A stretch of DNA of 64,000 nucleotides. Source: Candidatus Poriferihabitaceae bacterium. Lineage in GTDB: Bacteria; Pseudomonadota; Gammaproteobacteria; Arenicellales; Poriferihabitantaceae. Shown here piece after piece: positions 1 through 9,597 of this stretch. The stretch spans positions 1,241,778 through 1,305,777 of the forward strand of contig CBDEFQ010000009.1 in assembly GCA_965237485.1 (NCBI GenBank), in the 5' to 3' direction. The notes below the pieces were generated by a model that worked only from the letters and a program-made list of their open reading frames with translations, was not told the DNA's origin and did no database searches. How positions within the stretch are numbered: position 1 is the stretch's first letter; each line of letters starts with the position of its first letter. The translations under genes were made by a program, and so were the position numbers.

Positions 1-375
1 CATATGGCCAGGCAAAGCCTCCTGAGTCTTAGCAGAGCGGAATATATCTGCAGAACCAGTTAAGAAAAACTTACCTTTGAATTTTGACTTTAATTTATCT
101 GAAGCCTCTTTAATGGCAGGAACAAGCTCTGGTGCGTATTGGAACTCATCAATAATAATTTTCTTATCTTCAAAAGTCTGGATAAATCCATGCGGATCAT
201 TCTTCGCGGATGCAAGAACTGCGCTGTCATCCAGACTTATATAATCCATATTAGAGTTTTGCGCAATTTCCTTTGCTAATGTAGTTTTTCCAGCTTGCCT
301 TGGTCCGGTTAAATAAACAATCCTGAACTCATTCAGTAGCTCATTTAATATTGGTAGTAATTTTCTCTGAAACAT
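1..375 (-). CDS. AAA-type ATPase, N-terminal part (gene runs off the window start)
   Basis: My translation of the minus strand from the ATG at 375-373 gives MFQRKLLPILNELLNEFRIVYLTGPRQAGKTTLAKEI..., with Walker A GPRQAGKT. It resembles the AAA_14/DUF4143-type ATPases. It is absent from the ORF track because it has no stop in the window. Confidence 0.6.
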   Translation of the reverse strand, partial: MFQRKLLPILNELLNEFRIVYLTGPRQAGKTTLAKEIAQNSNMDYISLDDSAVLASAKNDPHGFIQTFEDKKIIIDEFQYAPELVPAIKEASDKLKSKFKGKFFLTGSADIFRSAKTQEALPGHM

Positions 376-414
376 GATTTTGAGATAGCACAGGTTTTTA
401 TATCTAAAGATTAC

Positions 415-515
415 TTTTTTATTCCGGAAAATACAACTTACTATTCCGGGATATGCGCAACTTTATTCCGAATTATACATAAGCTTATTCCGTGAAAATC
501 GGGTTTAATCCGTTA
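415..515. promoter_or_regulatory. Phased direct repeats, core (T)TATTCCG, 4-5 units spaced 22 bp
   Basis: ATTCCG occurs at 421, 443, 465 and 487, and AATCCG at 507. The first unit contains the palindrome TTCCGGAA. The array lies 40-140 bp upstream of the ATPase start (375, minus strand) and about 240 bp from the 3' end of tRNA-Arg. Confidence 0.5.
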
Positions 516-748
516 GCGAGGGTTCAATACTTCGTGGCTTGCTACAGAAGAAATTTTTGCATGCAAAAATAGTCCTCTATGCTTGCGACTAGGATTTTAA
601 TTTAGTGGTTGAGTAAACCAGAACAAATTGAGCAAGTAATAAGGTAATCCCTTTTGCCTTATCTTCGCTTGCCTCTGTCTCGTTCGAACCTTGAGCTTTT
701 CGCGTTTAACCATAGCCATTTGGTCTAGTGGTTATTTTGTATAGAATA

Positions 749-825
749 TGGCGTCCCCGAGACGATTCGAACGTCCGACCTGCCGCTTAGGAGGCGGCTG
801 CTCTATCCAGCTGAGCTACAGGGAC
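749..825 (-). tRNA. tRNA-Arg (anticodon CCT)
   Basis: The reverse complement GTCCCTGTAGCTCAGCTGGATAGAGCAGCCGCCTCCTAAGCGGCAGGTCGGACGTTCGAATCGTCTCGGGGACGCCA folds as a cloverleaf. It has a 7-bp acceptor stem, GCTC/GAGC D stem, GCCGC/GCGGC anticodon stem with loop CTCCTAA, GGACG/CGTCT T stem with TTCGAAT loop, and an encoded CCA. Confidence 0.93.
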
Positions 826-855
826 TTGGAAAAACTGGCGCGAGTATAGCGCAAT

Positions 856-2415
856 CTAGGTCTCGAAATAGTTAGCTAAGTAAGTATCAAAATCAATCGT
901 GTCTTCGCTTTCCAATTGTGCTTGATCTGCCAGTGATTGAGTCGCTAAGTGAGTAAAGTTCGTTTTGGCCGACTCGTTTAAAAGAAGGTGCTTAAAAAAC
1001 TCCTCATGTTCTTCTGATTTAACTATGCCAAATTCATAAAAACTTGAGTAGCTTGTTTGCATGTCTTTAAGAATACGACCGGACAGAGTTTTATCTGGGT
1101 CCATAACGCATTCAAGTTGCGCGTCGAGTACTTGACCATAGCACTTGGTAAAGTGGATGGAATCAAGTATTTCAGCAATTGGACGCATGGCATCAATGAT
1201 GCTTGTTGCCCAAGCTTTAAGTGGGATTTGTTCACCATCCTTACTTAAGCTAAGCTTAGGCTTTCTGCCTATCATCACGGTGTCTAGCTTGTTGCGAAGG
1301 TTCTCTTCTAAATCGTCGCTGCTCAGATCAGGGCTTTCACTAAACAAGCAATAGAGCAGATACATATCCAAAAAGATGATGGTCTCTTGGTCTATGCCGA
1401 TAGGTACGTAGGGGTTTAAATCAACCGCGCGTACTTCGATATATTCTACGCCTCTCGAAGATAAGGCATCGCTGGGTTTTTCCCCACGCTCGGCTACCCG
1501 CTTTGGACGTATGCTGGCGTAAAATTCGTTTTCAATCTGTAATAGATTGGCATTGAGTTGGCGATATTCTCCGTCTACTTTCACGCCTATTTTCTCGTAC
1601 TCAGCGTGGGGTTGGTGCATTGTCGCAACTAGGGACTCGGTGAACGTATGCAATTGGTTATAACAAGCTTTAATGCTGCTTTGCGCATCGTTGCTGTAAC
1701 CGAGATTACTCATTCTTAGAGACGTGCCGTAGGGCGCGTAAAAGCTATTCCCCGCATATTCTTCAAGATTATGCTCTCGGCCCTTCAAAAATGTTTTGCA
1801 CACCGCCGGAGACGCGCCAAACAAATACAGTAATATCCAACTGCTGCGGTGAAAATTACGGATAAGCTTTAGATACTCAGCAGAAATTGATTCTTTTAGG
1901 CAAGACCCATCCTGTATATTTAAATAATAGGGCCAAAACTCGGTAGGTAATGAAAAATTATAGTGTATACCACTGATAGTTTGCATCAATTGCCCGTAGC
2001 GATGCCCTAAACCTAGGCGATAAGTTTCCTTCATTTTAGCGGAATTTGAGCTACCAAAACGTGCGATCGGAATAGGCATGCCTTCCTTGATAATACAGGG
2101 CATAGAGTTAACCCATAGTTTTTCATCACCTATGTTTTGGTAAGTGAAATGATGGGCTTGTGTTAAAAAGTTGGTTAGACTATCTATGTCTTGACTAACA
2201 GGTGAAACAAACTCCAATTGAGCTTCTGAAAAGTCAGTGGTGATGCTTGGGTGGGTTAGCGCGGAGCCAAGGGTTTTTGGGTGAGGTGTTTGTGCTAAGG
2301 CCCCATCTGTATCTACTCGCAAGCTTTCTTTCTCAAGCCCGCGGTTAATTTGGCTGAATAGGCTATCAAGGCCAAGATCAATTATTTTATCTAGATTTTT
2401 GTTAAGAACCGACAT
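856..2415 (-). CDS. gshA: glutamate--cysteine ligase
   Basis: 519-aa ORF. The N-terminal region RGLEKESLRVDTDGALAQTPHPKTLGSALTHPSITTDFSEAQLEFVSPV closely parallels enterobacterial GshA. Confidence 0.9.
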   Translation of the reverse strand: MSVLNKNLDKIIDLGLDSLFSQINRGLEKESLRVDTDGALAQTPHPKTLGSALTHPSITTDFSEAQLEFVSPVSQDIDSLTNFLTQAHHFTYQNIGDEKLWVNSMPCIIKEGMPIPIARFGSSNSAKMKETYRLGLGHRYGQLMQTISGIHYNFSLPTEFWPYYLNIQDGSCLKESISAEYLKLIRNFHRSSWILLYLFGASPAVCKTFLKGREHNLEEYAGNSFYAPYGTSLRMSNLGYSNDAQSSIKACYNQLHTFTESLVATMHQPHAEYEKIGVKVDGEYRQLNANLLQIENEFYASIRPKRVAERGEKPSDALSSRGVEYIEVRAVDLNPYVPIGIDQETIIFLDMYLLYCLFSESPDLSSDDLEENLRNKLDTVMIGRKPKLSLSKDGEQIPLKAWATSIIDAMRPIAEILDSIHFTKCYGQVLDAQLECVMDPDKTLSGRILKDMQTSYSSFYEFGIVKSEEHEEFFKHLLLNESAKTNFTHLATQSLADQAQLESEDTIDFDTYLANYFET

Positions 2416-2465
2416 CTTACTAACTAGTCCAAGTACACATTTTAATATAACGGAAATTATAAGCG

Positions 2466-3422
2466 ATGTCCCTGCTTTCCATAGCGCCGATGTTGGATAT
2501 TACCGATCGACATTGTCGCGCATTTTATCGGCTATTTTCGCCAAAACTTAAGCTGTACACGGAAATGATCCATGTAGGAGCTATTTTGCACGGTGATCGT
2601 GATCGCTTTTTAAAATATAACCTGCAAGAGCACCCCGTAGCGATTCAGCTAGGTGGAAGCAAGCCGAGTGATTTAAGCGAAGCAGCTAAGATTGCGGAAG
2701 ATTGGGGTTATGACGAAATTAACCTCAACGTAGGTTGCCCGAGCGACAAAGTACAAGCGGGGCGTTTCGGCGTGTGTTTGATGCGCGAGCCGGAATTGGT
2801 GGCAGAGTGCGTGGCCGCAATGCAATCTGTCGTTAGCGTGCCGGTAACAGTAAAAAATCGTATCGGCGTTGATGACCAAGATGAAGATGTAGCATTAAAT
2901 CACTTTATCGAAGTGGTAAGTAGTTCGGGTTGTACACAATTTTCCGTACATGCACGAAAGGCATGGTTGAAGGGCTTAAGTCCTAAGGAAAATCGTAATA
3001 TTCCCCCGTTAAATTATGATCGGGTGTATCGTTTGGTAGAAAACCATCCCCACCTAGATATCAGCATAAATGGGGGCATCGTAACGCGGGATGAGGTGCA
3101 CACGCACTTAAAGCACACGGCTGGCGTTATGCTAGGCAGAATCGCCTTTGACGACCCATGGATGATGAATCAATTATGCGCAGAAGTGTTTGATGATTCA
3201 GCGGCGTTTCAGTCCCGTCATGAGATAGTTAAGCTGTATTGTGAATACATAGACGAACAGCTAAGCGATGGGGTTTGGCTCAAGCATACTGCTCGTCATT
3301 TGATGGGAATGTTCAAAGGCGAGCCAGGTGCCAAGCAATGGCGCAGAGCAATAGCTGAGAACACCCGAGGCGAGCATCGAGATGCAGGGGTAGTGCGTGA
3401 AGCCCTAGAATTGATGCCGTAA
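2466..3422 (+). CDS. dusA: tRNA-dihydrouridine(20/20a) synthase
   Basis: 318-aa ORF with APMLDITDRHCRAFYRL and NLNVGCPSDKV motifs typical of DusA. Confidence 0.88.
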   Translation: MSLLSIAPMLDITDRHCRAFYRLFSPKLKLYTEMIHVGAILHGDRDRFLKYNLQEHPVAIQLGGSKPSDLSEAAKIAEDWGYDEINLNVGCPSDKVQAGRFGVCLMREPELVAECVAAMQSVVSVPVTVKNRIGVDDQDEDVALNHFIEVVSSSGCTQFSVHARKAWLKGLSPKENRNIPPLNYDRVYRLVENHPHLDISINGGIVTRDEVHTHLKHTAGVMLGRIAFDDPWMMNQLCAEVFDDSAAFQSRHEIVKLYCEYIDEQLSDGVWLKHTARHLMGMFKGEPGAKQWRRAIAENTRGEHRDAGVVREALELMP

Positions 3423-3448
3423 CTTATATTATTAGTTGATAAAAACCG

Positions 3449-5782
3449 ATGAAGTTAATTAAATGGGTAATTTACCTGCTGATTTTTACTGTTTTATTGG
3501 TAATCGCAGCAGCCGCGTTTGTAGTAACCAAGGTTGATCCAAACGACTATAAAGAAAAGATCGCCAGCCAAGTTAAACAACAAACGGGCAGGGACTTAAC
3601 CATCACAGGTGATTTAAGTTGGAGTTTTTACCCCACGTTAGGCATAGAAGTGGGAAGTTTGGCGCTCGAAAACCAAGTAGGTGCTTCAGCAGTAAATATG
3701 ATTTCAGCCCAAGGAGCTAAAGTGCAGGTAGCGGTGATGCCATTGCTCGAAAAGCGCATTGAAGTCGGTAAAATTGAGTTGGATCAGCCCATACTCAATT
3801 TATTGATCAATGAACAGGGCACTCCGAACTGGAGTGATTTGCTGGGAGATAGTGCTGACCAATCAAGCAGCGAATCTGATGACGTGCAAGCACAAGCTGG
3901 GGCGTTGTTAAGCGGCTTGACCGTAAAAGGTGTGAATATCACCAACGGGCAAGTTAACTGGACTGATTTAAGCGCAGACCAACAAATAAAAGTGAGCAAT
4001 TTCAATTTAAGTACAGGCGAAATTAAGCCTGGTACGCCGGTAGATTTTGAAATGTCAGCGCAGTTAGAGGGTAGTTTGTTTGCAGACAGCACGGCAGTTA
4101 ATGCCAGTGGTTCGCTTAATGTTGACGAATCATTTGATTTTGCTCAGCTAACGGGCGTAAAGCTCAATTTGTTGCAAGATCAAATGGATGCCAACATCAA
4201 CTTGGGGTTATTAGACTTTAATGCGGCCAGTAATACGATCAATGCCCAAGCATTGTTGTATGACGGTCGTTACGACGTCATTCCAATAAGCGGAGAAATT
4301 CAAAAGTTTGGCTATGACTTAAATAATGCAGTTTTAACGGTTGCCGAACAGGTATTGAATATAGAGTTTTTAGGAACCCAAGTACAAACAACAATTCCTA
4401 ACCTAAGCCTGTCCGTTAATGAAGAGCGCTTGGATGTACCAAAGATGATGATAGTCCAAGATCAAGGGCAAATTGAACTAAGTGCTCAAGTTTCAAATTT
4501 ATTTTCCAGCCTTAAAGGCAACGGTAGCATCAAAACCAACGCCCTAATGCCCAGGGAGATGCTAAGCAACTTGGGCATTAATCTAGAAGACTTGCCACAA
4601 GCAGCACTGCAAAGCTTAGAGATTTCAGCTGACTATGTGGCCACCGCAGATTCGATTGCATTGCCGAGTTTTAATGCGCGTGTCGATGAGTCTAATGTTG
4701 GGGGGTCCTTTTCAATAGCGTCTTTTACTGCCCCTGCGTATCGATTTAAAATTGATGTCGATCAACTTAATGTTGATAATTACCTTAATGCTGAAAATCA
4801 GCAAGCGGCAGAACAGGCGGGGCCGGGAAGTGTTGTCGCTTTGCCATTTGCTGCGCTTAAAGGTTTAGATGTCAGAGGTACTTTGAAAATCGGTTCGTTT
4901 GCGTACCAAGGAATTAAATCAGAAAATCTAGTGGTGGATGCAGACACATCCGACAACAAAATCACTATTTCGCCACTCAAGGCTAATTTGTACGGCGGCG
5001 AAAGCACTAATGAAATCAGCTATGACATTGCGGGTGATACGCCAAAAATGCAGATGAAAACAAGCTTAACCAGTATTAACTTGGCTCCGTTTCTGCAAGC
5101 CATGCAAATTACTGACCGGTTTGAAGGCTTAGGTAATGTTAATGCGCAAATAAATAGCTTTGGTCTTACGTCCGAAGAAGTGATTTCAAATATGCAGGGC
5201 GAGGTACGCGTAAATTTAGATGATGGCGCAATTGCTGGGGCTAATATACAAAATTCATTAGTTGATGCCGCTCAGCTATACAAAAGCCTAAAAGGTAAAG
5301 ATCTGGTATCCAGTACCGAGGTGGGGGATAAAACCGAATTTTCAAATTTCTCGGCTTTGGTCAGTGTAAAAAATGGGGTGCTTATTTCTGAAAATATTGA
5401 CTTACAAGCACCGGGTATCAGAGTTAAAGGCCGAGGAAATGTAGATTTAAATTCTGAAATTGTCGATCTGAAAATGGTGGTTGCGGTTGTAGATTCCTTG
5501 GAAGGCCAGGGTGGAAAATCGTTTAATGAACTTAAAGGAGAAGAACTGCCATTAACAATTACTGGTACGCTATCATCGCCCTCAATAAGAATAGATACCG
5601 CAGCCCTGTTTAAGCAGCAGTTGAAAAAGGAACTAGCTAAAGAAGTAACCAAGAAATATGGTCTTAGCGTTGACGAAGAAACAGGCGAACAAGTGGCACC
5701 TAAGGATGTGCTCAAGCAGAAGCTTAAAGATGAAAAAGCCAAGCTAAAGAAAAAATTACTTGAGGGCTTGTTTGGCGGATGA
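3449..5782 (+). CDS. asmA: AsmA-family outer-membrane biogenesis protein
   Basis: 777-aa ORF with an N-terminal membrane anchor (KWVIYLLIFTVLLVIAAAAFVV), a long beta-rich repetitive body and a Lys-rich C-terminus. The architecture is typical of AsmA. Confidence 0.7.
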   Translation: MKLIKWVIYLLIFTVLLVIAAAAFVVTKVDPNDYKEKIASQVKQQTGRDLTITGDLSWSFYPTLGIEVGSLALENQVGASAVNMISAQGAKVQVAVMPLLEKRIEVGKIELDQPILNLLINEQGTPNWSDLLGDSADQSSSESDDVQAQAGALLSGLTVKGVNITNGQVNWTDLSADQQIKVSNFNLSTGEIKPGTPVDFEMSAQLEGSLFADSTAVNASGSLNVDESFDFAQLTGVKLNLLQDQMDANINLGLLDFNAASNTINAQALLYDGRYDVIPISGEIQKFGYDLNNAVLTVAEQVLNIEFLGTQVQTTIPNLSLSVNEERLDVPKMMIVQDQGQIELSAQVSNLFSSLKGNGSIKTNALMPREMLSNLGINLEDLPQAALQSLEISADYVATADSIALPSFNARVDESNVGGSFSIASFTAPAYRFKIDVDQLNVDNYLNAENQQAAEQAGPGSVVALPFAALKGLDVRGTLKIGSFAYQGIKSENLVVDADTSDNKITISPLKANLYGGESTNEISYDIAGDTPKMQMKTSLTSINLAPFLQAMQITDRFEGLGNVNAQINSFGLTSEEVISNMQGEVRVNLDDGAIAGANIQNSLVDAAQLYKSLKGKDLVSSTEVGDKTEFSNFSALVSVKNGVLISENIDLQAPGIRVKGRGNVDLNSEIVDLKMVVAVVDSLEGQGGKSFNELKGEELPLTITGTLSSPSIRIDTAALFKQQLKKELAKEVTKKYGLSVDEETGEQVAPKDVLKQKLKDEKAKLKKKLLEGLFGG

Positions 5783-5791
5783 GCTATAAAT

Positions 5792-6415
5792 TTAGAACTG
5801 ATAGCTAAATAAGGCAATATCTTTTTCCCAGTGTTTTGCTACCTTATCCCTAGTGGGGGTATTGTAAAAACTGCGATAATCGGCGTGCGGGAAAGCATTG
5901 AGTTTATTTAGGTGTGTATCTAAACCTATTTGGTCGCATATGCTGTTGTAATCATCGACCAAGCTCTCAAATCTACCTATTTTGTCCATTGCAAACGTGC
6001 CTTTTTCATCAACTAGCATCGCGTGTTGTTGAAGCTTGTTACGTCGTATTTCGTAATCTACGTACGCTGAAAAGCTACCCATAGCGGCAATTTTGCGGTG
6101 GCGTGCCCGGCGATTTTTCTTAATTGCAGCATTATATTCTGATACCAATCGACCCCACGGGTTGCGCACAAAAGCAAATTTGTAATACGAGTCAAATAGG
6201 GCGCTTGGCATCTGCTTTTGCGCTGTTAGCAGCGGGCAGTGCATTGGAAATTTATAGTTGCGATAATCTTTCGGTAAACCAAAATAGCGTAATGCCGATG
6301 CCCATTTTGAAGTCGGGAAGTTAAGGCTATATGGGCTAAGTGCGCTGGCGATGCTGGTGCCAGCAGTTTTTTCTATATGGACGAAAATAAATTTCTTTTC
6401 GTCGGATATCAGCAA
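5792..6415 (-). CDS. sulfotransferase family protein
   Basis: 207-aa ORF. The N-terminal FIFVHIEKTAGTSI matches the PAPS-binding 5'-PSB-type motif of sulfotransferase family 2. Confidence 0.6.
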   Translation of the reverse strand: MLISDEKKFIFVHIEKTAGTSIASALSPYSLNFPTSKWASALRYFGLPKDYRNYKFPMHCPLLTAQKQMPSALFDSYYKFAFVRNPWGRLVSEYNAAIKKNRRARHRKIAAMGSFSAYVDYEIRRNKLQQHAMLVDEKGTFAMDKIGRFESLVDDYNSICDQIGLDTHLNKLNAFPHADYRSFYNTPTRDKVAKHWEKDIALFSYQF

Positions 6416-6471
6416 TTTTTTAGAGCAACGCTCACTCGGTCTATACCTAATGAGTGTTTAACGTCCTATGA

Positions 6472-6891
6472 CTATTGGGAGCCAGATATCATGTGCTCCA
6501 CGATAGCCTTGATTTCATCATCACTGAGGCTGCCGTTGCCGCCTTTAGCTGGCATTGCACCTACACCATTTATAGCACTGCTGATTAAGGCTTCTTCACC
6601 CTTAGCAAGGCGTGGAGCCCAAGCGGCAGCATCACCCAATTTAGGCGCGCCAGCTGCCCCTGTTCCATGACACGCAAAGCAGCTGGCTTGATATAGTGCC
6701 GCGCCGTCAATGCTTCCGCTGTCGGCTACCGCAGTAGATTCTACCTCGGTAGTGGCACTTTGCATATTAATTGAGCCTACCTTTTGGATTCGTGCCTCAA
6801 TCTCAGCTTCGTTTTCGCTAGCATAAGTACTTAAGGTACCGAACAATGCGCTTGCAACAAATAGTGCTAATAGTGTCTTTTGAATTGCCAT
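6472..6891 (-). CDS. c-type cytochrome (cytochrome c5-like), secreted
   Basis: It has a CFACHG haem-binding motif and a distal GAMPAKGG Met ligand region. I moved the start to the internal Met (MAIQKTLLALFVASALFGTLSTYA, ATG at 6891-6889), which gives a signal peptide. The longer ORF-track start is unlikely. Confidence 0.75.
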   Translation of the reverse strand: MAIQKTLLALFVASALFGTLSTYASENEAEIEARIQKVGSINMQSATTEVESTAVADSGSIDGAALYQASCFACHGTGAAGAPKLGDAAAWAPRLAKGEEALISSAINGVGAMPAKGGNGSLSDDEIKAIVEHMISGSQ

Positions 6892-7033
6892 CTTAATAGT
6901 GGGAGCAAAGTAAATTAGAGGCGCGATTATACCCAAAAAAGATGAGATCAAAAAATTAAAGCGCTGATTAATTGAGCGAATCAGTGGAATCACTTTATAA
7001 TATAAATCACACAATCATATTAGAGGTATTAGG

Positions 7034-7823
7034 ATGCTTAAAAAGGCAAAAATGCTGGTTACAAAACTCATGTTATTGAGCTGCGCAACGGTGTTTTCTA
7101 GCTTTGTGCTAGCGGACGTTACGCTGACTTATGCGGGAGCAAAGGAAATAACTAAGTTCCATATTGCTAACGGCAAGCTCAGCATAGAAGTGGGAGGCGA
7201 AGCCGGCGACGGGGGTATGTTTTATGATCAAAAAACAGATCCGTTGTATGCCATCCAACACAGTGAGAAGCAGTACATCGAAATGGAGAAGATGGTTGAG
7301 CAAATGAGCGGCATGAAAAGCCAAATGCAGCAAATGTTTGATGAACAAATGGCGGGAATGAGCGAAGCAGAAAAAGCCCAAATGAAGGCGATGATGGGTA
7401 ACGCCTTGGGCGGGTTATTAGGAAATGATGACGAATCCGAAGAGCAAACTAAAACGCAATTCACGTTATACCGGCGAAAAAGAGAAAATGGGCGAATATG
7501 AGTGTGAAAAAGTAGATATGGTGCTTGGAAACGGCGAACAAAGACAAGTATGTGTTGCGCCAGCTCAAAGCTTAGGAATAAGTACAAATGATGAAGGGGT
7601 TTTGCACGCAATGATGAAAAAAATGGCTGGTTTATCTGACAAGATTAGTCAGTTTTCGGGTAAGTATTCCTTCGGCTTTGTCGGCGACTTTAAGGAAGTG
7701 CTAGTGCGCTCTTATGCTTTGGATAAAATGCAATTAAGCGCAGTAGATGAGCTCTCGATACCGGTAGAGTCTATGCGAGTACCAGAAAATTATTCAGCCG
7801 CAGAAATTGTGCCCTCAATGTAA
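7034..7823 (+). pseudogene. secreted hypothetical protein (DUF4412-like), apparently frameshifted
   Basis: Two overlapping ORFs in different frames (7034-7501 and 7425-7823) read as one protein with a signal peptide and a Met/Gln-rich linker. The frame changes near 7455-7475 (..QTKTQFT / YTGEKEKMGEYECEKVDMV..). Confidence 0.45.
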
Positions 7824-7836
7824 TATGAGGTAAAGC

Positions 7837-8373
7837 CTAGCGCGTATCGCTGTCGAGGCCAGTATCTGTGTGTGGGTAGGCAAATTGTACATATAATGCT
7901 CCTGAACCGCCGTCGACTACCCTAGCTGAGCAATACGCTACGGTATAGGGGTAGCCGATCAATATTGATTCAGATAAATCTTTAATAACAGGCCTATTAT
8001 CTGAGCGTAAGCCTTTGCCGTGGATGATCAGTGCGTATATTGCTTCATCTTGGCGGCATTCGGTTAAAAATGTGTTTAGCGCACGCTCGGCTTGGTTATG
8101 CCGGTACCCATGTAAATCAATTTGCGCATCAAACGCGTCGAATTGACCTTTCCTTAAACTGCTCAAAACCTTTTTTTGTTGGCCGACGCGCAGGAAGAAT
8201 AAGTCAGATGCGTTGCGTTCATTGCGTATTGCGATTTCCACCTTTGCATTGTGAATGGGTGAAGTAACAGCGGGCGGAGCAGTGATTCGGTGATAACTAG
8301 GCGCTATTTTGTCCTTTTTTATCGGCTTAACGTCTTGCATTGCCCGCTTAAAATCAATGTCGTTTTCCATCAC
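7837..8373 (-). CDS. smrA: Smr-domain endonuclease
   Basis: 178-aa ORF with the C-terminal Smr motifs IDLHGYRHNQA and LIIHGKGL. Confidence 0.7.
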   Translation of the reverse strand: MMENDIDFKRAMQDVKPIKKDKIAPSYHRITAPPAVTSPIHNAKVEIAIRNERNASDLFFLRVGQQKKVLSSLRKGQFDAFDAQIDLHGYRHNQAERALNTFLTECRQDEAIYALIIHGKGLRSDNRPVIKDLSESILIGYPYTVAYCSARVVDGGSGALYVQFAYPHTDTGLDSDTR

Positions 8374-8382
8374 GCCTTAAAA

Positions 8383-9468
<1,086 letters not shown>

Positions 9469-9597
9469 TTACATCAGGCAAAGGACTATGCTTGAGGTAA
9501 CTCGGTGTAAATCAAACCTTTGTACTATAGTGCTTTCTTTATCAAATCCTGACCTACGACATGATAAAATAACGCCAATTTATTTTTCTTAATTCCT

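Noticed and set aside
5272-5817. Numerous antisense or overlapping ORFs inside long genes (for example 5272-5817, 3784-4092, 13940-14332, 17667-18014, 57450-57896, 42770-43066, 9879-10238)
   Set aside because: Each lies opposite to, or out of frame within, a gene with strong motif support. They have no motifs of their own and are treated as spurious.
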